Shown here one piece after another: positions 28,210 to 39,214 of a stretch of 40,955 nucleotides of DNA. Both the position numbers and the translations under genes were made by a program. Below the pieces are notes generated by a model. That model made no database searches and had not been told where the DNA came from. It saw nothing but the letters and a program-made list of their open reading frames with translations. The stretch is taken from positions 1-40,955 of the forward strand of contig JWZX01002937.1 of assembly GCA_001275005.1 (NCBI GenBank), read 5' to 3'. This stretch comes from Chrysochromulina tobinii. Lineage: Eukaryota. Every line of letters starts with the position of its first letter. Positions within the stretch are counted from its first letter, which is position 1.

Positions 28210-31200
28210 ATGCCTGACGAGAAGAAGGTCAAGAAGAAAGGCGGTATCGTCCCTGGCGCGTACGTTTGGGTCAAGGATACGGCGATCGCTGGCAGCGACC
28301 TCTTCACCAAGGGCCATGTGCTTACGATCGACGAGAAAGGCAAGGCAACCGTCGAGACGACCAATGGCGTGAAGACGCAGGAGCTCGTTCTGCCGCTCTC
28401 CGACTGCCACCCGCTGTGCCCTGGTGACGATGTGCCCGACCACTGCCAGCTCATGTTCCTGAGCCAGCCCACACTTCTCGAGAACACAAAGGTACGCTAC
28501 ATGGCCGATAAGATCTACACCTACGTAGGCGAGATTCTCGTGGCCGTCAACCCTTTCCGCTTCATTGAAGGGATCTACGATGTCGACAAGATGGCCATGT
28601 GCAAAGGCAAGAAGCTTTGGAACACGCCGCCGCACGTCTTCGCCATGTCTGAAAAGGTACGCCCTCGAGGGTCGGCGGTGCATCAGGCGGCGAGCTGCAG
28701 TTGCTACTGCTGAGAACTGACGCTGATCGCCAACCACCGCTGCGCCGCTCGCCTGTGATCTCAGGCGTATGTGGCCATGAAGAAAACCAGACTCAACCAA
28801 TGCATCGTCGTCTCGGGCGAGTCGGGCGCGGGCAAGACGGAGACGAACCGGCAACTCATGAACTATCTCGTGTGGCGCGGCACTGACGCTCATTCTGAGA
28901 ACACCCTCACCGAGAAGATTCTGGACACGAACCCGATCCTCGAGGCGTTTGGGAACGCCAAGACGACGCGCAATAACAACTCGTCGCGCTTCGGTCGGTA
29001 TGTGCTCGTTCGCTTCTCCGAACAGAATGAGGTTGTGGGCGCGCAGGTGCGCACTTTTCTGCTCGAGCGCTCGCGCGTCACCTCCACCTCCAAGGCCAAC
29101 GAGCGCTCGTACCACATCCTGTACATGCTGGTGGCGGGCAAGACGCCGCACGCGCCCGAGGCCGTCGATAAGTACCGGTACCTCTCAATGTCGGGCTGCA
29201 CCACCGTGCCGACCTGGGATGACATCAAGGAATACCACACCGTCAAGAAGTCGCTGCTCTCGGTGGGTCTCGCGGATGACCGCGGATGACCACTGATGAC
29301 CGCTGATGACCGCTGATGACCGCTGATGACCGCTGATGACCACTGATGACCACTGATTGCGCCCGTCATCAGGTTGGTCTCGCGCCTGCGGAGCTTGAGG
29401 ACTGCTGGGCCTACATCGCGGCGATGCTCTACCTGGGCAACATCGAGTTTGGCACAGGCAGCGACAAGGCCGTCATCACGGCGCTCGGCGCCAACGACCC
29501 CGTACGCCGTGCCGAGGTTCTCCTCGGTGTGGAAGACATGTCGGTGCTGCTCTGCCAGCGCCAGATTACCGTCAACGGCGAGATCACGTACGCTCAGCAG
29601 ACGCCGGCGAGCGCGAGGACGGCACGCGACGCATTGGTCAAGATCATGTACTCGCGCCTCTTCGACTACCTAGTCCTGCGCGTCAACCAGACGGTCGATG
29701 ACGCGCAGCGCGCCAAAATGTACGCTGGTGGCCTCTGCTGGCCAGTGATGGCCCTCTCATGACCACAGATGGCCATCTGATGGTCACTGATGACCGCTGA
29801 TGAGCGCTGATGAGCTCTGATTGCGCCCGTCCTCAGGTACATCGGGCTGCTCGACGTGTACGGCTTCGAGTTCTTCGAGGTCAACTCCTTCGAGCAGCTG
29901 TGCATCAACTTTGCGAACGAGAAGCTCCAAAACTTTTTCCTGAAGACAGTTTTCGATTCCGAGGAGAAGGTGTACAAGGAGGAGGGCGTGCCCTGGGTGC
30001 CGATCACGTACGCCGACAACAAGGACGTGATCGACCTGTGCGAGAACAGCATGAACGGCATCTACAAGCTGCTCGATTCCGAGTGCCGCACACCTAACGC
30101 CTCTGGCAAGTCCTTCTGCGCCGCTCTTCACACGGCGTATGGGCAGAAGCACACCGTCTTCGGCGCGCCCAAGCTCTCCAAAAAGGAGCAGCGGACGGCT
30201 GATGAGTACTTTCTGGTACGCCACTTTGCGGGCGAAGTCATCTACTTTGCGGACGAGTTCCTCGGCAAGAATAACGACTCGCTCGCGGCCGAGGTCGAGG
30301 GACATCTGCTCAAGTCGAAGAAGGCGATCGTGCCCGAGATTTCGAAGCCCCCCGAAGCTCCGGCGCCCGCGGCCAACGCCAAGGGCGCCAAAAAGGGAGG
30401 GCAGGCCTCCTTCTCCTCTGTGGGCGACAAGTTCGTCAAGTCGCTGCGCGCGCTGCTCGAGGAGCTTGAGTCGTCGCAGGCCCACTTTGTGCGCTGCATC
30501 AAATCGAATCCGGAGCTCAAGCCGCGGGTACGTTTCGTAGGCCTCGAATCGCCTCTCATTGCCTCTGATTGGCACTGAGGGCCTCTGAGGGCCACTGAGG
30601 GCCACTGAGGGCCCCTGGCGACACCCTTGATTGCCTCCCTCATCAGGTGCTCCATGGCGAGTCGGTGATGAACCAGCTCAAGCTGAGCGGCACGCTCGAC
30701 GCGGTGCGGCTGATCCAGGCGGGCTTCCCGACGCGCATTCCGTACGAGATGCTCTACACACGGTACAGTGGCGTCCTGCGCGACGTGCCCGGCATCAACA
30801 TCAGCGCTCTCACCCCGTCCGAGTTCTGCGAGGCGATCTCGGAGGCGTGCGGCGTGAGCAAGAGCGAGTACGCTCTCGGCGTGAACCGCATGTTCTTCAA
30901 GATGGGCTCCGCCTCGTTCCTCGAGGAGCTCGCCGATGCGGACCCCGAGGAGATGAAGCCCAAGCTGATGGAGATGTTCGCCCTCTTCGAGGCCAAACGC
31001 GCGGCCAAGCCCGTGTTTGAGAAGACGGTGCTCATGTGGCTGTACAAGCGCCGCTATGAGCAGATGGTGGCGGAGAGGCGAGAGAGAGAGCGAGAGGATC
31101 TCAAGAAGGCGGAGGATCGGTTTCGGAAGGCGGAGGAGGAGCGCAAGCGGCGCGAGGAGGCGGAGAAGCGCCGTCGCGAGGAGGAGGAGCGACGAAAGGC

Positions 31201-33529
31201 GGAGGAGGAGCGCCGACGGCGCGAAGAGGAGGAGAAGAGCCTCAAAGCGGAGCGCGACGCCCAGGAGGCGGCTGAGAAGATGGCGATGAAGAAGGCGGCC
31301 GAGGCTGAGGCGGAGGCGATCAAGCAGGCCGAGTTGGCCGCCCGGAACTCAGGCGAGGGCGCGGCGGCGGTGCAGAAGGCGAAGGAGAAGGCGGCCCAGC
31401 AGGCCAAGAAGGATGCGGCGGAGGAGGCGGTCAAGTTCAAAAAGGAGGCGTCGACCGTCATCGAGGACGCCAAGGCAAAGAAGAAGGCCGAGGCCGAGGA
31501 GGCCGCCAAGACGCTCTCCGACGTCGAGTCGATGATCAATGCGCTCGAGAACGACGCCGACCTCGAGCAGGCCGTCGAGGCAGCAGGTGGCGTCAAGAGC
31601 CTCATCGACATGGCCGCGAAGCACTCGGACTCGGCGCTCGTGCAGGCACAGTTTGCGGGCGTGCTGCGCGACTTGTGCATCTCGGACGACATTGCAATCG
31701 AGATTGCAAACGCGGGCGGTACCGATGCTCTGATCGAGGCGGCGCGCATACACTACGACTCGATCGAGGTGCAGGCCGCTGTCGCGGGCGCGATGCGGAA
31801 TCTGTCGGAGCTCGACCAGATCGCCGTCGACATTGCGACCGCCGGCGGTATCGAGGTGCTCATCGACGCGTGCGCGCGACACCCTGACTCGGCCGTCGTG
31901 GCGGCGCGCGTCGCGGGCGCGCTGTGGGGCCTGTCTGTGCACGACGACATTGCGGAATTGATCGGCGAGATGGGCGGGACCGACTCACTCATCCTGGCGG
32001 CGAAGAACCACCCGATGAACGAGGAGGTGCAGGCGGCGACCGCGGGCGCGATGCGAAATCTGTCGGTCTCGGACGAGAACAAGCACTCGATCGCGGACAT
32101 GGACGGGCTCGAAGTGCTCATCGCCGCCTCCGAGAACCACCTGCAAAATGCCCTCGTGCAGGCGCAGGTGGCGGGCGCGCTGCGCAACCTGTCGCTCAAC
32201 GATGAGGTGGCTGAGCAGATCGCAGTCTCGGGAGGCATCGAGGCGCTCGTCTCGGCCTCCTCGACCCACGCCGACAACTCGAAGGTGCAGGCGGGTGTCG
32301 CGGGCGCGCTGCGCAACCTGTCGGTCAACGACGAGATCGCGGAGGAGATTGCGCACGCGGGCGGCATCGACGCGCTCATCCTCGCGTCTGAGAATCACCC
32401 GACGAATGCCGACGTGCAGGCCGAGGTGGCGGGGGCGCTGTGGGGGCTGAGCGTGAACGACGAGATCGAGGAAGCCATCGCCGCAGCCAATGGGATCGCG
32501 GTGCTCGTGATGGCGGCGAAGAATCACTTCAGCAACGCCAAGGTGCAGGCGCGCGTCGCCGGCGCGCTGCGCAAGCTGAGCGCGAACGACGAGAACAAGC
32601 ACGAGATCGCGAGCTCGGGCGGGATCGAGATGCTCGTCAAAAGCTCCGAGATCCACCTCAACAACGCGGTCGTGCAGGCGGGCGTCGCGGGCGCGCTCTC
32701 CAACCTGTCCGTCGACGACGAGATTGAGCAGATGATCGCGCAGCACGGCGGCATTGAGGTCCTCATCAATGCGGCCAAGGCGCACATCGACAATGTCAAG
32801 GTGCAGGCGCGCGTCGTGCGCGCGCTCACCAACCTGTCCGTGCACGAGGAGAACAAGGCTCGCATCGCATCGACTTTGGGCATCGCCACCCTGATCGAGT
32901 CGTCCTTCCAACATCTGGAGTCGGCCGAGGTGCAGGCGGGCGTCGCGGGCGCGCTGCGCAACCTCTCCGTCTCGCCGAGCATCGCGCAGCTCATCGTCGA
33001 GAAGAATGCGATCCAGTCGCTCGTGCAGGCGGCGCAGGCGCACTCGACCAATGCGATCGTGCAGGCGGGCGTCGCGGGCGCGCTGCGCAACCTCTCTGTC
33101 AACGAGTCCAACCGCAAGCAGATCATCGCGTGCGGAGGCATCGCGGCGCTCGATATGGCGGCCACGTTGCATGCAGAGAATGAGAAGCTCCAAATCGAGG
33201 TCGCCGGAGCTCGGCGCAATCTCCTGGGCGACTCGCCCGCGAAACGGCCCGGCGCCATCGACACGGCGGCGGCCAATGCCAATGGGACTGGCGGCGCGGA
33301 TGCGGGCGCGAAAAACACGCCGCGCGGGCGCAGCTTCTCGCCGTTCCGCAGACCGTCGTTTGGGCGAAAGGCGTCCCGTACCGGTACGGATGCCGCCGAC
33401 CCTGCCGCGCAGTCGACTGAGGCGGTGCAGGACGGCTCAGGGACGGATCGCGGTTCAAGTTTAAAACGGCTCTTTGGCGGCCTCTCAGGAAGGAACAAGT
33501 CGCCCGCGCGCCCTGCTCGAAAGGAATAG
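28210..33529 (+). CDS. Unconventional myosin with ER/K helix and 13 ARM repeats; exons 28210-28656, 28765-29262, 29373-29719, 29837-30527, 30647-33529 (about 1,621 aa)
   Basis: P-loop GESGAGKT, switch I NNNSSRFG, switch II LLDVYGFE, NSFEQLCINFANEKLQ and HFVRCIKSN. Four GT-AG introns restore a single frame. The tail has 43-aa repeats GGxxxLxxAxxxH...VQAxVAGALRNLS. Confidence 0.93.
29263..29372 (+). repeat. Myosin intron 2 filled with 10-bp (ctgatgaccR) repeats
   Basis: About 8 tandem units. Related units occur in intron 3 (29720-29836), and ctgagggcca units occur in intron 4 (30528-30646). Confidence 0.9.
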
Positions 33530-34311
33530 CATTGCAACTGCAGCTGATAGAGCCGGCCGCTCCTGTGCAGCGTAAGCCTCGGAGCGGGGTAGCTTGTAGC
33601 TACACACAGGTGTGCGCCGGAGTACAGTGCGCCTGGACGTGGACCCTGGTGCCACGGCGGGCCTCAGAGTGCGGTGATGGGAGTGCACTGCCGGCTCGCT
33701 GTACCGTACGTACTGGCGTCATCTCGGTGAATTTGGCGCGCTCTACGATATGTGTTCGGTTCGATTCAAATCTTCATATGAGGCATCTGGTATGTGCGTG
33801 TGCGTGACTGCGGAGCATTACGCCGACTGGACTCGACTCACAACACACAACAAGAGATCATCTTCGTCGCGTGCATTTTTAGTCGTGCACACTCTTCTCA
33901 TCACATGACACATCGTGATTCGTGAGCGCCGAGAGCAGGAATTTTGCGTCCCTGTGAAGGGTGGCTGTGAAATATAATTCTGAGGCTGTGAAATGGTTTT
34001 CTCGTCGCAAGGAGGCGATGGTGGCGGTGGCGCATCCATTGCGCACACGCCCACGTGGCAAAACTGCAAGTGTCTCGGATGACGTGCATGGCCCAATGGT
34101 GTGGCCCCCCAACGGAACTAGAGGTTGCGCAGGGGGCGAGAGGATCCCCCCTGCAGACTTGGACGTGGACACTCTCTGCTGTCTGGATCTTAGTCTGGTT
34201 CTATAGAGCTTAATGTGCAAATTTGCATGTTTTCATGTAATGCAATCTGCATGCATTTGCAAATGGATTTCTTCGTAAAAAAGGTTCTCCGGTGATCTCT
34301 CCGGTCCTGGA

Positions 34312-35530
34312 ATGGTCCTGGGGCAGGGCGGACCGCAGGACTTGCCGGAGGCGCGGCGGCTGTACAGCCTCGGAGCCGCGCAGGGAGATGCTGAGGCGCA
34401 GTTCAACCTTGGGGTCATGCACGAGGACGGGCATGGCGGATTGCAGGACTCACTAGGTGCGCGGCGGCTGTATGGCCTCGCGGCCGCGCAGGGGCATGCT
34501 AAAGCGCAGTTCAACCTCGGGTTCATGCACCACGAAGGGCAGGGCGGACGCAAGGACTTGCCGGAGGCGCGGCGGCTGTATGGCCTCGCGGCCGTCGCAG
34601 GGGAATGCTAGAGCGCAGTGCAACCTCGGGATCATGCACTACTACGGGCAGGGCGGACCACAGGACTTGCTGGAGGCGCGGCGGCTATATGGCCTCGCAG
34701 CCGCGCAGGGGAATGCTCGAGCGCAGTTCAACCTTGGGGTCATGCACTTTGAAGGGCAGGGCGGACCACAGGACTTGCTGGAGGCGCGGCGGCTATATGG
34801 CCTCGCGGCCGCGCAGGGGCATGCTGATGCGCAGTTCAACCTCGGGCTCATGCACGAGGACGGGCAGGGCGGACGCAAGGACGTGCTAGAGGCGCGGCGG
34901 CTGTTTGGCTTCGCAGCTGCGCAAGGCCACGAGCCAGCATTGAGCGAGGCGGAGCGACTGGCCAACGCTATGGCTGAGGCTCTGCTGGCTGAGGATGAGG
35001 CTGAGAAGAGCAAAGCGTCCAAAGTCAAGAAGAAGAAGAAGAAGAGCAGCAACCAGGTTCGTTCAGATGCAAAGGCCGAGGCGGGTTTGGCGGTGGAGGC
35101 CGAGGCTCGGAAGCAAGCCGATGCTCGTGAGATCGAGGCAGCAAACGCCCTAGTGACGGCGAGGGAGCAAGAGGAGGCCGAGGTTGCCCAGGCGGAGGTG
35201 GAGTCCAAGGCAGAGATGGAGGGGCAAGCTCGCAAGCAGGCAGAGCAGGAGGCACAGGCGGCGGAAGCACAGGCGCAGGCTGCAGCAGCGGCAGCAGCAG
35301 CGACGGAGAAGGCGAGGAAGCCGCCTGATCACTTCCTCTGCCCGATCACGCAGGACGTCATGATCGACCCTGTCTCGGCTGCGGACGGCCACATGTACGA
35401 GCGGCGCGCGATCGAGGACTGGTTCATCGGCCACTCGACCAGCCCGATGACGGGCGCGAAGCTCGAGGTTAAGTCGCTCTTCCCCAATTACGCCATCCGC
35501 AGTCTCATCCGCACGTGGCAGGAGCTCTAG
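34312..35530 (+). pseudogene. Sel1-repeat (5 full units) + U-box gene, frameshifted
   Basis: An extra T at 34595 (gccgtcgcag vs consensus gccgcgcag) shifts the frame. The U-box PDHFLCPITQDVMIDPVSAADGHMYERRAIEDW...SPMTG...LFPNYAIRSLI is intact. Could be a sequencing error. Confidence 0.75.
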
Positions 35531-36871
35531 CGCTCAGTACGAGAGTCATGATCGCCCAGGAGCACGCGCCGTCGTACCAGCAGCAGCACAACCCGACGAG
35601 CTCCCAAGCGCTGCACCCTTGCCCTGCTGCTGTGCTTCAGACACGGGCTCCTCCTCTTGGCCAGAGAAGGGGCGAGATGGGCATGGCGGGCGAGGCGGGC
35701 ACGGGCGAGGCGCGCGCGCGGCGGCGGATGGAGGAGCGCCGGGCGGAGCGGCTGCGTAGGAACGTTGGGCGAGGCGGGCTTACTTACTCAATGGATAACG
35801 ACGCGGGACGAGCTGTGACTCTCGCCCGGTGCGAGAAAAGAATGCGGGAGTAGTTTGAGCTAGTGCGCGTGTGGATGGCGGACGGACGGATCAAGATTAC
35901 TTGCGTTGAAAGTCGACAAAAGGCGCGTGCCGTCGCGGACGCGGTATCGACGCCCAGTGCCTGAGCCTGCGCTGTGAGGTGCGGCCGCATCGGTGCGGCA
36001 TTTAGAAAAATGTATCTTTGAATGCCGGGGCGTGCGGGGAAAGTATCGCCAGCACCTATAATACGACGCGCGGTCATGCTTCATCGTTCATGAAAAAGCG
36101 GGCTGCCCTGCGCCGCTGGGGGGACCGGGGCATGGACCGGGGGCACACCCACAGACATCAGGCCGCGCAAAAAGGCGCCCGCGGCCTCGAAGGGATTGCT
36201 GACGCCTTCGCGGCCGTACGCTCCGTCGGGCGATAAGATCTCGCCGTGTATCCCGTCTTGCTCCCCGAGCAAGACGTCCTCGAGGCCCGGCCGCAGGGCA
36301 TCGCGCATGCGCGGTCGCAGGGCCAGGTCCCCTTCCCACGCGTCCGCGATGCCCTCGACCGCCTCCGTGAGCAGCCCTCAGAGTGCGGTGATGAGTGTGC
36401 ACTGCCGGCTCGCTGTACCTACGTACTCGCGTCATCTCGGTGAATTTGGAACGCTCTACGATATGTGTTCGGTTCGATTCAAATCTTCATATGTGAGGTA
36501 TCTGGTATGTCGCGCCGTGTGCGTGACTGCGGAGCAGTCGCCGACTGGACTCGACTCACAACACACAAGTCATCTTCGTTGCACACTCTCAGATCACGTC
36601 GTGAGCGATGAGGCAGCGCAAGCATGGAAGGCCTCCCGACCCGACCACGCGCGCGGTCAATGTCGTCCGCCTCGTCACCCGACCGCCACACCGGCGCAAC
36701 CATCAACGGCGCATCCATTGCGCGCACGCACACGTGGCAAAACTGCTGTCTCGGATGATGTACGTGGTTCTGCAGACTTTAACGTGTACACTCTCTGCTG
36801 TTTGGATCTTGAACTTGGATCTATGGTCTGTGAAGATCATTCTGCATGCATTTGCATTCATAAAAGACACG

Positions 36872-39214
36872 ATGATGGTCTTCGATGGTCTGGGCGGGCC
36901 GCAGGACCTGGAGGAGGCGCGGCGGCTGTATGGCCTCGCAGCCGCGCAGGGGAATGCTGATGCGCAGTTCAACCTCGGTCTCATGCACGAGGACGGGCAG
37001 GGTGGGCGCAAGGACTTGCCGGAGGCGAGGCGGCTGTATGGCCTTGCGGCCGCGCAGGGGCATGCTGATGCGCAGTTCAACCTCGGGGTTATGCACGATG
37101 AAGGGCAGGGCGGACGCAAGGACTTGCCTGAGGCGCGGCGGCTGTATGGCCTTGCGGCCGCGCAGGGGCATGCTAAAGCGCAGTACATCCTCGGGGTCAT
37201 GCACCGCGAAGGGCATGGCGGACCGCAAGACTTGCCTGAGGCGCGGCGGCTGTATGGCCTCGCGGCCGCGCAGGGGGATCCTGAAGCGCAGTACAACCTC
37301 GGGGTCATGCACGACAAAGGGCATGGCGGACCGAAAGACTTGCCTGAGGCGCGGCGGCTGTATGGCCTCGCGGCCGCGCAGGGGCATGCTCAAGCGCAGT
37401 ACAACCTCGCGATCATGCACCGCGAAGGGCAGGGCGGACCGCAGGACTTGCCGGAGGCGCGGCGGCTGTATGGCCTCGCGGCCGAACAGGGGGATGCTCT
37501 TGCGCAGTTCAGCCTCGCGATCATGCACGACAAAGGGCATGGCGGACCACAAGACTTGCCTGAGGCGCGGCGGCTGTATGGCCTCGCGGCCGCGCAGGGG
37601 GATGCTGATGCGCAGTTCAGCATCGGGTTCATGCACCACGAAGGGCAGGGCGGACCGCAGGACTTGCCGGAGGCGCGGCGGTTGTATGGCCTCGCGGCCG
37701 CGCAGGGGCTTGCTAAAGCGCAGTACAACCTCGGGGGCATGCACCGCGAAGGTCAGGGCGGACCGCAGGACTTGCCGGAGGCGCAGCGGCTGTTTGGCCT
37801 CGCGGCCGCGCAGGGGCATGCTTGGGCGCAGTGCAACCTCGCGATCATGTACCACGAAGGGCAGGGCGGACGCAAGGACTTGCCTGAGGCGCGGCGGCTA
37901 TATGGCCTCGCGGCCGCGCAGGGGGATCCTGATGCGCAGTGCAGCCTCGGGATCATGCTTCACAAAGGGCAGGGCGGACGCAAGGACTTGCCGGAGGCGC
38001 GGCGGCTGTTTGGCCTCGCGGCCGCGCAGGGGGATCCTGATGCACAGTGCAGCCTCGGGATCATGCACCACGAAGGGCAGGGCGGACGCAAGGACTTGCC
38101 GGAGGCGCGGCGGCTGTATGGCCTTGCGGCCGCGCAGGGGGATGCTGATGCGCAGTTCAGCCTCGGGATCATGCACCACGAAGGGCAGGGCGGACCGCAG
38201 GACTTGCCGGAGGCGCGGCGGCTGTACGGCCTCGCAGCTGCGCAGGGGCATGCTAAAGCGCAGTTCAACCTCGGGATCATGCACCACGAAGGGCAGGGCG
38301 GACCGCAGGACTTGCCGGAGGCGCGGCGGCTGTATGGCCTTGCGGCCGCGCAGGGGCATGCTAATGCGCAGTGCAACCTCGGGGTTATGCACGAGGACGG
38401 GAGGGGCGGACCGCAGGACTCACCGGAGGCGCGGCGGCTATATGGCCTCGCGGCCGCGCAGGGGAATGCTACCGCGCAGTTCAACCTCGGCGTCATGCAC
38501 GAGGACGGGCTTGGCGGACGCAAGGACGTGCTAGAGGCGCGGCGGCTGTTTGGCCTCGCGGCTGCGCAAGGCCACGAGCGAGCGTTGAGCGAGGCGGAGC
38601 GACTGGCCAACGCTATGGCTGAGTCTCTGCTCGCTGAGGAGGAGGCTGAGAAGGGCAAAGCGTCCAAGGTCAAGAAGAAGAAGAAGAAGAATAAGAGCAG
38701 CAACCAAGTTCGTTTAGATGCAAAGGCCGAGGCGGGTTTGGCGGTGGAGGCCGAGCTAGCTCGAGAGCAAGCCGAGGCTCGCGAGATCGAGGCAGCGAAC
38801 GCCCTAGTGACGGCGAGGGAGCAAGAGGGGGCCGAGGCAGCCCAGGCGGAGGTGGAGTCCAAGGCAGCCCAGGCAGAGATGGAGGAGCAAGCTCGCAAGC
38901 AGGCAGAGCAGGAGGCACAGGCGGCGGAAGCACAGGCGCAGGCTGCAGCAGCGGCAGCAGCAGCGACGGAGAAGGCGAGGAAGCCGCCTGATCACTTCCT
39001 CTGCCCGATCACGCAGGACGTCATGATCGACCCGGTCTCGGCTGCGGACGGCCACATGTACGAGCGGCGCGCGATCGAGGACTGGTTCATCGGCCACTCG
39101 ACCAGCCCGATGACGGGCGCGAAGCTCGAGGTCAAGATACTCTTCCCCAATTACGCCATCCGCGGCCTCATCCGCACGTGGCAGGAAGTCCAGCGCTCAG
39201 TACGAGAGTCATGA
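36872..39214 (+). CDS. Sel1-like repeat (15 full 36-aa units) + coiled coil + U-box E3 ubiquitin ligase
   Basis: AQxNLGxMHxxGxGGxxDLPEARRLYGLAAAQG repeats, a poly-Lys tract and a C-terminal U-box. The start was placed at ATG 36872 by comparison with copy 1; the frame is open from 36608. Confidence 0.9.
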   Translation: MMVFDGLGGPQDLEEARRLYGLAAAQGNADAQFNLGLMHEDGQGGRKDLPEARRLYGLAAAQGHADAQFNLGVMHDEGQGGRKDLPEARRLYGLAAAQGHAKAQYILGVMHREGHGGPQDLPEARRLYGLAAAQGDPEAQYNLGVMHDKGHGGPKDLPEARRLYGLAAAQGHAQAQYNLAIMHREGQGGPQDLPEARRLYGLAAEQGDALAQFSLAIMHDKGHGGPQDLPEARRLYGLAAAQGDADAQFSIGFMHHEGQGGPQDLPEARRLYGLAAAQGLAKAQYNLGGMHREGQGGPQDLPEAQRLFGLAAAQGHAWAQCNLAIMYHEGQGGRKDLPEARRLYGLAAAQGDPDAQCSLGIMLHKGQGGRKDLPEARRLFGLAAAQGDPDAQCSLGIMHHEGQGGRKDLPEARRLYGLAAAQGDADAQFSLGIMHHEGQGGPQDLPEARRLYGLAAAQGHAKAQFNLGIMHHEGQGGPQDLPEARRLYGLAAAQGHANAQCNLGVMHEDGRGGPQDSPEARRLYGLAAAQGNATAQFNLGVMHEDGLGGRKDVLEARRLFGLAAAQGHERALSEAERLANAMAESLLAEEEAEKGKASKVKKKKKKNKSSNQVRLDAKAEAGLAVEAELAREQAEAREIEAANALVTAREQEGAEAAQAEVESKAAQAEMEEQARKQAEQEAQAAEAQAQAAAAAAAATEKARKPPDHFLCPITQDVMIDPVSAADGHMYERRAIEDWFIGHSTSPMTGAKLEVKILFPNYAIRGLIRTWQEVQRSVRES
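36890..38575 (+). repeat. 108-bp high-identity Sel1 coding repeat array
   Basis: gaggcgcggcggctgtatggcctcgcggccgcgcagggg recurs every 108 bp. Confidence 0.95.

Noticed and set aside
31985..33537. Long minus-strand ORFs (402 and 337 aa)
   Set aside because: Antisense shadows of the GC-rich myosin ARM exon. The same applies to most overlapping ORFs in the track.
36608..36871. 88-aa N-terminal extension of the Sel1-U-box ORF
   Set aside because: The homologous region in copy 1 has indels and stops, so it is probably UTR or intron.
36890..38575. CRISPR-like or TALE-like array
   Set aside because: The repeats are in-frame Sel1 coding units; the variable parts are homologous to each other rather than unique spacers; there are no cas genes and no TALE consensus.
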